A stretch of DNA of 64,000 nt, from NCBI GenBank assembly GCA_963675665.1, contig OY776510.1:4032001-4096000 (forward strand). Reading direction: 5' to 3'. Below are positions 48,243-57,714 of this stretch, one piece after another; position 1 is the stretch's first letter; each line of letters opens with the position of its first letter. The notes under the pieces are model-generated. The model made no database searches. It saw nothing but the letters and a program-made list of their open reading frames with translations, and was not told the DNA's origin. The position numbers were made by a program, and so were the translations under genes. The DNA comes from Spirochaetia bacterium. GTDB lineage: Bacteria > Spirochaetota > Spirochaetia > UBA9216.

Positions 48243-49106
48243 ATGAATACCGACAGGGCGGCAGCCCGGACATATAATCTGCATACGCATACTTACAGGT
48301 GTAAACATGCCGAAGGAGACGCCCCGGAATATGCCCGGGCGGCAAATGAAGCAGGAGTTGAGCTACTCGGCTTCACGGAGCACCCCCCGCTTATACCGAA
48401 TGATATATGGACCCCGTTCAGGATGGATGAAAAAGATCTCGACAGCTATTTTTCGGCAGTAAGCGAGGCAGCCGAATTATTTCCCGGAATAAAGGTTCTG
48501 ACCGGATTTGAGATGGATCTTTATCCGCGGTTCAAATCGTATTATGAGGATACCTTTCTGTATCGACGCGAGATTGATTTTCTGATAGCGGGAGTGCACT
48601 GGATTCGTTATCACGGAGAATGGATGTGGATTCAGAAAGCTGAAACAGCAGGTCATCTTCGCGAATATGTAAATGAAATTACAGCCCTGATGGAAAGCGG
48701 CTTATTCAAATTTATCACGCATCCCGACAGCTTTGCTTTGGGATATCTGAAATGGGATGAGAATGCCGAGGCATGCGCCGCTGATATTCTTTCGGCGGCG
48801 GAAGAATACCGGGTGCCGCTCGAAATCAACGGTTACGGACTTCGAAAACCGGATATAGACACTCCTGAAGGCCCCCGCAAAGCCTACCCTCATTCAAGAT
48901 TCTGGGAAAAGGCAGCCTCTTACGACATTACAGTTGTATGTAATTCAGACGCGCATAAACCGCACGATGTTATGGGCGGAGTCGACGGGTGCCGCGATAT
49001 CATGAACAAATTCAATCTGCGCCATCATCCTGTGCATCAAGAGATTTCAGAAGCCGTTTCACTGAGTAGAGACCCGAATCAACTGAGCCTTTCGGCAACC
49101 CCATAA
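48243..49106 (+). CDS. PHP-family histidinol-phosphate phosphatase-like protein
   Basis: HTHT..CKHA, GFTEH, GFE, THPD, EIN, SDAH. Confidence 0.88.
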   Translation: MNTDRAAARTYNLHTHTYRCKHAEGDAPEYARAANEAGVELLGFTEHPPLIPNDIWTPFRMDEKDLDSYFSAVSEAAELFPGIKVLTGFEMDLYPRFKSYYEDTFLYRREIDFLIAGVHWIRYHGEWMWIQKAETAGHLREYVNEITALMESGLFKFITHPDSFALGYLKWDENAEACAADILSAAEEYRVPLEINGYGLRKPDIDTPEGPRKAYPHSRFWEKAASYDITVVCNSDAHKPHDVMGGVDGCRDIMNKFNLRHHPVHQEISEAVSLSRDPNQLSLSATP

Positions 49107-49908
49107 TTTCGGCGATCTCTGAATTGGTCGGCGACATCTGTACGCGGTTTTTCCCGCTGTGAGCCCGGCCGATTCGCTTTTTCAGCTCTGCCTGCCGGTT
49201 TATCAGACTGTTCCGTTCGGTACCGTTCACACAGTCGGTATATTCCTGTTGCAGCTGGCACAGTTTTATATAAGCCTTGTTTATCCGTGTTCTGAAAACA
49301 TCAAGCCGCTCACGCCGGAATTCGCCCTGTTCCCGCAGCTTCATAATTGTTTCGTAAAATCTTTCGGAATCACTTCCCGTCAAAACAGACAGGGTTTCAA
49401 TATGCGCGTCATCAAGATAATTGGCATTTTTCAGGGCCAGCATCTTCAACTGTCTTTTCAGTTTTGCGCTTCGGATTTCCCCGGCTCCGTTAATGCCGAG
49501 AAGCCTTTCCGATTCTGCTGTAAGCTTCAGCGGTTCAGATGTCTTTTTATCCGGTTCTGCGGCTGCAGACGATGCTTCGGCATCCATTATACAGTTATAT
49601 CTGACGCATTGATTTATTTTATCGGCACAGCTTTTTTTCCTGTGATATGTTTTTATCTGCCAGGCGAGAGTGTTTCTGAGAAGGCACTGAAACGACAATC
49701 CCTTATACCTGAAATTCTTAATCAGTTTTAACAGCCTTGGATAAAAAAACAGATAGAAATCCACACAGACATCATGTTCCCAGTGAAAGCGTCTTGCCGG
49801 ATAATCCATCACTTCAAGAGAAGCCTCTTTCATAATATCAGAAAAGCCTTTTCCTGTTTTCTGCCATTCCAAAATCAGGTTCGTTATATAATCAGTTTCT
49901 TTTTTCAT
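49012..49908 (-). CDS. atypical sigma-70-family factor-like protein
   Basis: Region-2-like D.Y....PRL.K....F...G..F...L...L.W....YHRK; region-4 HTH TNSEIAEIMGLPKGSVDS. Confidence 0.65.
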   Translation of the reverse strand: MKKETDYITNLILEWQKTGKGFSDIMKEASLEVMDYPARRFHWEHDVCVDFYLFFYPRLLKLIKNFRYKGLSFQCLLRNTLAWQIKTYHRKKSCADKINQCVRYNCIMDAEASSAAAEPDKKTSEPLKLTAESERLLGINGAGEIRSAKLKRQLKMLALKNANYLDDAHIETLSVLTGSDSERFYETIMKLREQGEFRRERLDVFRTRINKAYIKLCQLQQEYTDCVNGTERNSLINRQAELKKRIGRAHSGKNRVQMSPTNSEIAEIMGLPKGSVDSGLYSVKRLLKSLDAQDDGAD

Positions 49909-49919
49909 GAAAATGGAAT

Positions 49920-49936
49920 AGCAAATAGTATGCCGG
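49920..49936 (-). promoter_or_regulatory. sigma-54 (-24/-12) promoter
   Basis: Minus strand CCGGCATACTATTTGCT: GG-N10-GC with TTGCT. Confidence 0.6.
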
Positions 49937-49973
49937 AAATACATACGCCGAAAGGCTGTACTGTTACATTATG

Positions 49974-52487
49974 TTACAAATTCATCATCTCGTTCAACCG
50001 ACGGTAAATACGTCCTATCTGTTTTCCATAACGTTTATCGGTAAGCTCGTCTGCAATTACTTCCAGACTTGAAAGACTTTCTTCTAGCGAAGCTGTAAAA
50101 CTGCTGCCCGAACTGTACCAGTAGCTGCCGTTTCCGTCGGTATGCAGGGTAATAAACCCGATCTTCTTTTTACTCTTCGGCTTTTTAAACAGATACATAA
50201 TCCGGTTTATCCCGTTAAATACGGTTTCTTCATCAAACCCCGAAGATGAATCGTTTACGGCCCCTGTGTAAAAAGCTGCCGGCATCTTTCCGGTTCTGTT
50301 TTTTTCGGGATCAATTACACTGCATATCCTGATAATATTCACCAGTTTTACACCGCTCAGAAATTCCCCGTCGGGTATCAGCACAACTCCCCTGACTTTC
50401 TTTAATCTGGAAAGTTCTCCGTGTTCAATGTTCTTTGCTACTGTTTTGAATTCATCCCACGGAAGCTGAACAATCTTGCGCCCGCCTTTTCCTGTCCTGA
50501 TATCAAACTGCTTGCCCCCGATTCTGATCCGGTTGCGGGACTGCTGTTCACCGGTTTCAGCCTTCCGGCTCCTGGTTTCATCGCGTCCCGTATCAACAAG
50601 CTCATAGTAAAGATCCTCCGAAATAATCTTGATCCATTCCCTTCTGAGCGGCGATACTGAACGGGCGAACATTCTTGAGGTTCGTACAACTTCACCGGCA
50701 ACTATGTATTTGGGACTTTCTCGAAACATTACCGATCCGGGATGTATGGAAATCTGTTCCGCTGTAAGACTCCGGTAAACGCCCCTTCCGGAACGGCAAC
50801 AGACAAACTGCATAAGCCCTGCCGAGACGGCACAGAGATAATCGGGTATTGTCCCTCCGCCGGATACAGGAACGCCTGTTTCCCGGACTATATCTTCAAG
50901 CTGTACCTTGATATTTGCAATTTCCGCCATAATACGATCATCAAGATAATATTTTCTGCAGAATTCTTCCTTGTTGTCTGCCTCAATATAGGAATCATAA
51001 AGTTTCAGGTATGAAACAAAATCTCCGTCGGCATCCCTGAATGAATGATGGGCGGCACGCGCCGCCATTTCCTCACCCTGGGGAAGGGTGTAAGGGGTAT
51101 GCGCCGTCAGAAAAGAAGCTGCCGTAATGGTTTCTTCAATTACGTCCGGATATCGTTTTATTGCTTCGACGATCATCCTTGAATGACGCGGCAGCATCGG
51201 AAATGCAGCCATCATTGTTCCGGTTTCGGTAAGATGATTTTCATCGTCAATTGCACCGAAAAGCCGCAGCGTCTCTACCGCAGCTATAAGGCCTTCCTTT
51301 CCGGGAGGCGAAATAAATTCAAAAGTATTGAAATCGGAGATGCCGAGTTCCGCCATTCTCAAGACAACCTCCGACAGGTCCGTCCTGTAGATTTCTTCAA
51401 TCGTAAAAAGGTCCCGGCTTTTAAAATCATCCTTTGTATACAGCCGGTAGCAGTCGCCGGGTCTTGTTCTTCCCGCACGGCCTTTACGCTGATTGCATGA
51501 AGCCTTGGAAACAGGCTTTTCTACAAGAGAAGACGTGTAGGTCCGCGGGCTGTAGAAATTAATCTTTGCATAGCCTGAATCAATTACCGCGGTTATCCCG
51601 TCGATGGTTATGCTTGTTTCGGCAATATTTGTTGCAACGACGACCTTGGTCTTTCCTTTCGGAGTTTCGATGAAAACCCTTTCCTGCTCTTCACGGCTCA
51701 GTCTGCCGTAAAGCGGAACGAGAAACAGTTTTTTACGAAAGGCTGAATCAGACAACAGTTTAACGCAATCCTTAATCACCTTTTCACCCTGAAGAAAAAC
51801 GAGTATATCGCCGTCCTGTCCCCTGTCGATATGACGCTCAACTATTTCAACAATCTTGATCAGCATGGAGTCTTCGGAATTCTCAAAACGGGGCGGTTCG
51901 TACCTGATATTTACCGGAAACGTTTCGGTTTCAATATGTACAACGGGGCATTTGTTGAAATATTCGGAAAACACTTCGGCATTAATTGTTGCCGAGGAAA
52001 TGATTACTTTCAGGTCGGCTCTTGTTTCAAGAAGCTTTTTAAGCAGTCCCAGGATAAAGTCTATATTAAGGCTCCGTTCATGCGCTTCATCAATCATGAT
52101 TACGCTGTAACGGCTCATGTAGGGATCTGCCTTAAGTTCCTGAAGAAGGATGCCGTCGGTCATTATCTTGATGCGTGTTTCGGGCGACGTAACGTCTTCA
52201 AAACGCATCTTGTAGCCGGTGAATCCTCCGACCTTAACTTTCAGCTGATCGGAAATATAGTCGCATACGGACAGTGTTGCAATCCTGCGGGGCTGCGTAA
52301 CGCCGATTATGCCGGATTGGGAATACCCTGCTTCATGCAGAATGAGCGGAAGCTGAGTTGTTTTTCCCGAGCCTGTAGGGCTTTCAACAACAACAACCTG
52401 GTTTTTTTCAAGGACCTCAAGTATTCTTTCGCGTTCCCGGTATACGGGCAGTTCTTCAGGGTTTATATGTCTTCGTATATTTGTCAA
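49974..52487 (-). CDS. hrpA: DEAH-box ATP-dependent RNA helicase
   Basis: PTGSGKTT, TQPRRIA, DEAHER, SAT, TNIAETSITI, QRKGRAGR. Confidence 0.95.
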   Translation of the reverse strand: MTNIRRHINPEELPVYRERERILEVLEKNQVVVVESPTGSGKTTQLPLILHEAGYSQSGIIGVTQPRRIATLSVCDYISDQLKVKVGGFTGYKMRFEDVTSPETRIKIMTDGILLQELKADPYMSRYSVIMIDEAHERSLNIDFILGLLKKLLETRADLKVIISSATINAEVFSEYFNKCPVVHIETETFPVNIRYEPPRFENSEDSMLIKIVEIVERHIDRGQDGDILVFLQGEKVIKDCVKLLSDSAFRKKLFLVPLYGRLSREEQERVFIETPKGKTKVVVATNIAETSITIDGITAVIDSGYAKINFYSPRTYTSSLVEKPVSKASCNQRKGRAGRTRPGDCYRLYTKDDFKSRDLFTIEEIYRTDLSEVVLRMAELGISDFNTFEFISPPGKEGLIAAVETLRLFGAIDDENHLTETGTMMAAFPMLPRHSRMIVEAIKRYPDVIEETITAASFLTAHTPYTLPQGEEMAARAAHHSFRDADGDFVSYLKLYDSYIEADNKEEFCRKYYLDDRIMAEIANIKVQLEDIVRETGVPVSGGGTIPDYLCAVSAGLMQFVCCRSGRGVYRSLTAEQISIHPGSVMFRESPKYIVAGEVVRTSRMFARSVSPLRREWIKIISEDLYYELVDTGRDETRSRKAETGEQQSRNRIRIGGKQFDIRTGKGGRKIVQLPWDEFKTVAKNIEHGELSRLKKVRGVVLIPDGEFLSGVKLVNIIRICSVIDPEKNRTGKMPAAFYTGAVNDSSSGFDEETVFNGINRIMYLFKKPKSKKKIGFITLHTDGNGSYWYSSGSSFTASLEESLSSLEVIADELTDKRYGKQIGRIYRRLNEMMNL

Positions 52488-53307
52488 TTAATAATCTCGC
52501 TATTGTGCCCGGCCCGGGTATGGACGGGAAATTGCCCGGATTATACCAACCGGCATGTTCAATTTCTCTGCCGTCCGGAACTATTTCTCCGGACTTCCAT
52601 TCCGCGGACAGGCCCAGCATTAATGAATCGGGAAACGGCCAGCTCTGACTGGCTATATACCGGATGTTCCCAATCTCTATTCCGCATTCTTCACGCACTT
52701 CGCGAATTGCGGTCTGCTCTATTGTTTCGCCCATTTCCATAAACCCGGCAAGGACGCTGTACCGGCCTTCGGGAAAACGTCTGTTATGGGCAAGCAGGAT
52801 ATCGTTTCCCTTTTGGATAAGTATGATTATTGCCGGAGATATTTTCGGAAACTGCAGGTTTCCGCACTCGGGGCATTTCTTTGCGCATTCATGCTCATGC
52901 CAGTTATTTTTTGCTCCGCAGTACCCGCAGAATATGCTGTTGCGGTCCCAGTGAAGCAAATGCGATGCATATCCGGCGGCTTCGCAGATAACCTTGTCAA
53001 GTTCCGCAATATATCGGCGTAAAAGTACAAACTGCTGTTCACCGTACCCGTCGCCGGCCATGGTCTCAAAGCCGTCGGTATCAAATCCTGCAGGCAGATT
53101 GAACGCATAGCAGTTTTTGGCCCCTATTGTTCCGAAATATCTGCCTCCGGAATCAGGATCTATTCCGTTTTCATTCAGAAATGAAGAGACTTCATCAATC
53201 ACAGGAACCAGTTCATTTTTTACCAGCATTTCCGTTCCGGAAAAAACAAATGCCAAATCGGTTCCCGTTTGCAACCGTTTTTCAGTATAACCGGATTCAA
53301 ATTTCAT
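52456..53307 (-). CDS. nudC: NAD(H) pyrophosphatase
   Basis: FCGYCG..CPEC Zn site, Nudix box AGF...GE......REVREE, SQSWPFP. Confidence 0.94.
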   Translation of the reverse strand: MKFESGYTEKRLQTGTDLAFVFSGTEMLVKNELVPVIDEVSSFLNENGIDPDSGGRYFGTIGAKNCYAFNLPAGFDTDGFETMAGDGYGEQQFVLLRRYIAELDKVICEAAGYASHLLHWDRNSIFCGYCGAKNNWHEHECAKKCPECGNLQFPKISPAIIILIQKGNDILLAHNRRFPEGRYSVLAGFMEMGETIEQTAIREVREECGIEIGNIRYIASQSWPFPDSLMLGLSAEWKSGEIVPDGREIEHAGWYNPGNFPSIPGPGTIARLLIDKYTKTYKP

Positions 53308-54350
53308 TAAGCCTGAATTACCTCTTTAATAATATCCGCACCGATACTTTCCATTACGGTTTCTCCGATATTCTTTTGAAGGATAAACCGCAACTCCCCG
53401 TTCTTTTTTTTCTTGTCGGAAAAAAGAGCGTCCATAAAAATTGTATGATTAAAATCGCTGAAATCAATATTATAGCCGTATTTCCGCAGAATATTATCAA
53501 CTCTTGAGACATAAGCTTCAGAGGTTATTCCCATAAGGGCTCCTGCCCGCGCCGCACGGCTGATTCCCCACGCAACAGCTTCTCCGTGTGTAAAACTGCC
53601 CAGCCCGGCTGCAGTTTCAAGCGCATGACCGAATGTATGTCCCAGATTAAGATGGGCGCGTATTCCCTGTTCCCTGAAATCCTGCTCTATATATTCCGCT
53701 TTCACCTTCAGGCTTCTAAAAATAAGTTCCTGCATAATTTCGGGGTCACGGCTGCTTATATCTTCCGCATGTTCTTCTATATAACCAAGAAGGTTGTCGC
53801 CCGACAGAAATCCGTGTTTGATTATTTCGGCAAGACCGCTTTTATATTCGCTTCCTGAAAGGGTCTGAAGAAATTCCGTGTAAATAAAAACGTTTTCGGC
53901 CGGATAAAAACTGCCTATCAGATTCTTCCTGTCAAGAAAATCAACGCCGGTTTTTCCGCCGATAGACGCATCAACCATCGAAAGAAGCGTTGTCGGCGCC
54001 AAAGCAAGTCTGCATCCGCGCATATAAACCGACGCGGCAAAGGCAGTCATATCGCAGATAACACCTCCGCCGAGCCCGATAATAACGGCCCCGCGATCAA
54101 GCCCTGTTCTGACTGCAGCTTCAGCTATTGTTTCAATTGAGGAAAGGCTTTTATACCTCTCTCCCGGTCCGAGCACAACAGAATTACTTCCTGCGGAAAC
54201 AAATGCCTGCGCAGCAGCGGATTTTATCATGGTTTCATCTGTTACCAGCAGACTGTTGCCGGGAGCGGGTTCAAACCCGCTGAAATCAGCTCTCCTGCCT
54301 ATTGCTATATGTGTTTTTTTATTCTCAAGTTGAACATCAAAGCTTATCAT
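53307..54350 (-). CDS. aroB: 3-dehydroquinate synthase
   Basis: GE..K, GGGVICD, PTTLL..VDASIGGK, LNLGHTFGHA, HGEAV, DKK. Confidence 0.95.
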   Translation of the reverse strand: MISFDVQLENKKTHIAIGRRADFSGFEPAPGNSLLVTDETMIKSAAAQAFVSAGSNSVVLGPGERYKSLSSIETIAEAAVRTGLDRGAVIIGLGGGVICDMTAFAASVYMRGCRLALAPTTLLSMVDASIGGKTGVDFLDRKNLIGSFYPAENVFIYTEFLQTLSGSEYKSGLAEIIKHGFLSGDNLLGYIEEHAEDISSRDPEIMQELIFRSLKVKAEYIEQDFREQGIRAHLNLGHTFGHALETAAGLGSFTHGEAVAWGISRAARAGALMGITSEAYVSRVDNILRKYGYNIDFSDFNHTIFMDALFSDKKKKNGELRFILQKNIGETVMESIGADIIKEVIQA

Positions 54351-54431
54351 CTCTATTATGATTATACAGAAAAAATCTTCCTGCGGATAGGCTCCGTTGA
54401 CTATGGCCAGACAGACTGTTATTATTCGTTC

Positions 54432-56012
54432 ATGAAAAAGCTTTTAATTATTTCAATAGCATTATTTATGCTTATAGCGCCGGTTTTTGCCGACGAAACG
54501 GAATCAGCTTCGGGCTCTGAACCCGGTTTCGGGCTGCAGTCCAATATCTTTCAGTATGTCCTTACAAACTCCAACAGCATGTTAAGCTCGGCAAACGGAT
54601 TTCCGACTAATTTTGAGGAACTGAATGATTATCCGCTGACTCCCGGCGATATTTTCACCCTGCTTATCAATTATGGGGCAAATACTGAACGAAGCGCTGA
54701 TTATATCACAACATATAATATTCAGCTTCAGCCTGATTACACGCTTATGCTGCCGTTTATAGGAAAAACCAACGTCTCAGGAATGAGCATATCCGATCTC
54801 CAAACCATGATTTCAAGACGGATTTCAGATATGATGCCGGTCCAGTTTGTAACATTCAACCTGACAACACCTGCGAATTTCAATGTTTTTATTTACGGCG
54901 GCGTAAATGTTTCAGGATACATAAATGCCACTCCCGTAACAACAGTCATAGATGCGATAGCAATGTGCAAAGGCTTCAAAGTAAATGCTTCATACCGGGA
55001 TGTCAGAATTATCCGCGGCGAAGAAACCATCGGCGTGGATATTTCCAAATTCTATACCTATGCCGATTTCAACTCTAATCCGCGGCTGATTCCGGGTGAT
55101 AGACTTTATGTTCCGATGGCGGAAAAAATAGTAACCGTTACCGGAATGATAAAATACCCCGGAACATATGAACTTGCCGGCGAGGAAAACCTGGATACAC
55201 TGCTTAAGCTGGCCGGAGAACTTCAGCCCGGAGCATGGAGGGAACGAATAGAGATTGCCAGAATTGATCCGTCCGGAAAAACAACAAAGATCCAGACTGA
55301 ATACAGGAAGGCCGGTTCCTTCGTACTGGAAAACGGCGATTCTATCTCAATTCCGTCAATCTCGGAAAACGCCGAAACGATTACAGTAGAGGGCGCCGTC
55401 TACGGAGCAGTAGTTTCCGGGGCCTCACCTTTTGTAGCTCCTACTGCTTCCGTCAAACTTGAAGTTCCGTTTTATTCCGGCATAAGCCTTCTCAATGTGC
55501 TTGACAAGGTCGGCGGACCTACCCCGTATGCAGTAACCTCGGAAGCCCGGTTAAAACACAATGGAACCGGGGAATTTGTCGAACTTGATATAGATGAGTT
55601 ATGGAAAACAAGAAATCTTGAATATGATATCGAACTGGCCCCGGGAGACCATATTCTGATTCCTGTAGAGAAATCCTTCGTGGGTGTTTTCGGCGCCGTT
55701 AACACCACCGATTCGGATACTTACTCCATACCCCATGTTAACGGGTATACCGTTATGGATTATATAGTAGCGGCGGGAGGCATCAATTATCAGACGGCAA
55801 ATCCCAATAATATAGAGCTGATTGATCGCGAAGGCAACCGCACTGATATCGAACTTACGGATGAAGTTCCGCCGGGTTCCATTATTTATGTAAACCAGAA
55901 CATTCTTCAGTCTGCAGATGATGTTTTCGGCAATATTTTCATAGTTACAGGCTGGGCTACAGTAATAATGACTTTCGTCACAACAATATTAAACTTTGCC
56001 GGTAATTTCTGA
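54432..56012 (+). CDS. SLBB-domain polysaccharide export-like protein
   Basis: Signal peptide, YPLTPGD Poly_export motif, repeated V.G.V..PG.Y / L..GD SLBB units, C-terminal amphipathic helix. Confidence 0.85.
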   Translation: MKKLLIISIALFMLIAPVFADETESASGSEPGFGLQSNIFQYVLTNSNSMLSSANGFPTNFEELNDYPLTPGDIFTLLINYGANTERSADYITTYNIQLQPDYTLMLPFIGKTNVSGMSISDLQTMISRRISDMMPVQFVTFNLTTPANFNVFIYGGVNVSGYINATPVTTVIDAIAMCKGFKVNASYRDVRIIRGEETIGVDISKFYTYADFNSNPRLIPGDRLYVPMAEKIVTVTGMIKYPGTYELAGEENLDTLLKLAGELQPGAWRERIEIARIDPSGKTTKIQTEYRKAGSFVLENGDSISIPSISENAETITVEGAVYGAVVSGASPFVAPTASVKLEVPFYSGISLLNVLDKVGGPTPYAVTSEARLKHNGTGEFVELDIDELWKTRNLEYDIELAPGDHILIPVEKSFVGVFGAVNTTDSDTYSIPHVNGYTVMDYIVAAGGINYQTANPNNIELIDREGNRTDIELTDEVPPGSIIYVNQNILQSADDVFGNIFIVTGWATVIMTFVTTILNFAGNF

Positions 56013-56026
56013 GACTTTTTATTATA

Positions 56027-56070
56027 ACACATGTCAAAGGCTGACAAACCTGGCAGCCTTTGACATGTGT
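56027..56070. terminator. long perfect hairpin between convergent genes
   Basis: 17-bp arms ACACATGTCAAAGGCTG / CAGCCTTTGACATGTGT. Confidence 0.7.
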
Positions 56071-56091
56071 ATCTTTAATTTAATTTAAAAG

Positions 56092-56403
56092 CTAGTTAGA
56101 ATCGTAACCTACACTTGGAAGAAATGTAAAAGACTGTACCATACTCTTTATAAACGGATCATTTATTGAATATATTCTCTTATTTCCCCTGACGTCTGAC
56201 TCAACAATTTCCTTTTCCTTAAGAACAGCAAGATGCTGGGAGATAACCGGTTGGGATTGTTCAAGACACTGCCAGAGTTCGGTAACACATGAATCCTGCT
56301 TTTCTATAAGGCAAAGAATTTTAAGCCTGACAGGATGCCCGCAGACTTTAAGTTTCTCAGCTAAAACTCTAATTTCATTATCATTACATTTGTCATTTCC
56401 CAT
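56092..56403 (-). CDS. ArsR/SmtB-family regulator
   Basis: LK..GHPVRLKIL, CV.EL, SQP.ISQHLAVL. Confidence 0.92.
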   Translation of the reverse strand: MGNDKCNDNEIRVLAEKLKVCGHPVRLKILCLIEKQDSCVTELWQCLEQSQPVISQHLAVLKEKEIVESDVRGNKRIYSINDPFIKSMVQSFTFLPSVGYDSN

Positions 56404-56527
56404 AATGTGTAAGAATACAGTGTTTTGTATAATTCATCAAGTATCACTATATATATATTTCCAAAAGTCTATGGAAAGTGCCCTGCTACTTGAAAAAAAG
56501 CGTCATGGTTAATATTATCTCGTAATC

Positions 56528-57694
56528 ATGCATCGTATTTACCTTGACTGGGCAGCAACTGCCGTACCCGACGCACAAAGCCTTAATGCCGCCCTTGGCC
56601 AGACTATGGCAGACTTCGGAAACCCGTCATCCCCGCACCAGCGCGGCAAGGATGCGTCAGCCGTTTTATCCGGCTGCCGGAAAAAACTGTCCGGATCATT
56701 CAGCTGCAGTCCGAACCAGTTGTTTTTTACAGCGGGAGGCACCGAATCAAACAATATAGTTCTTATGTCCCTGCTTAACAAAAACCGTAAAGGAAATCTG
56801 GTAATTTCGGGCATAGAACATTCATCGGTATACGAACCGGCAATGCTGCTTGAAAAACACGGCTGGGAAGTAAGGATTGTTCCGTCCGGGGCAGACGGAA
56901 TAGTTGATCCGGAAAACTTTTGCAAACGTATGGATTCAAATACTTTCATTGCTTCCATGATGATGGTCAACAACGAAACCGGAGCAATTCAGCCCGTTGA
57001 AGAAATCGGCAACTTTATATCCGCCGGACAGCTCCGTGTTCATTTTCATATAGACGCCGTACAGGCTGCCGGCAAGATACAGTTGAACATGAACAGCCTG
57101 CATGCAGATTCTGTTTCGATCAGCAGTCATAAATTCCGTGGCCCAAGAGGTGCCGGACTGCTTTATCTTAAAAAACCGCTTGTTCCTGTCTATTCGGGCG
57201 GAGGACAGGAAAACGGAATCAGGCACGGAACGGAAAATATGTATGCGGTTCTCGGCACCTCGCTGACCGCGGCAAAGGCTGTTGAAGCTGTTGATGCAAA
57301 TCTCGAACATGCGCTGAGACTGAAAAAAATATTGACAGAACAAATCTCAAAGATAAAAAATGCAATTTTTCTTCCTCACAATAATATCAGCGATCTGCTC
57401 AATCCCGAAAAATTCTCTCCCTATATTCTTTCAGTCGGCATCAGACCCGTACCCGGAGAAATCCTTGTCCGGGTCATGAGCGACAGGGGATTTGATATAG
57501 CCACAGGCTCGGCCTGCGCAACCGGAAAGAAAAAAAAGTCGCGTGTTATGGAAGCAATGGGCGTCAACCCGGAGACAGCTTTTTCAACCGTCAGGATTTC
57601 TACGGGACCGGCAACAACAATCGATGAAATTGAGCAGTTCTGCGATACTTTTAAGCGGGAATCCGCTATACTTATAAAACAGCTCTCACGATAG
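56528..57694 (+). CDS. iscS: cysteine desulfurase
   Basis: YLDWAAT, GNPSS.H, GGTESNN, VNNETG, DAVQ, SSHKF.GP, GSAC. Confidence 0.92.
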   Translation: MHRIYLDWAATAVPDAQSLNAALGQTMADFGNPSSPHQRGKDASAVLSGCRKKLSGSFSCSPNQLFFTAGGTESNNIVLMSLLNKNRKGNLVISGIEHSSVYEPAMLLEKHGWEVRIVPSGADGIVDPENFCKRMDSNTFIASMMMVNNETGAIQPVEEIGNFISAGQLRVHFHIDAVQAAGKIQLNMNSLHADSVSISSHKFRGPRGAGLLYLKKPLVPVYSGGGQENGIRHGTENMYAVLGTSLTAAKAVEAVDANLEHALRLKKILTEQISKIKNAIFLPHNNISDLLNPEKFSPYILSVGIRPVPGEILVRVMSDRGFDIATGSACATGKKKKSRVMEAMGVNPETAFSTVRISTGPATTIDEIEQFCDTFKRESAILIKQLSR

Positions 57695-57714
57695 GGGCTG
57701 CGGGAGCATTTTTT

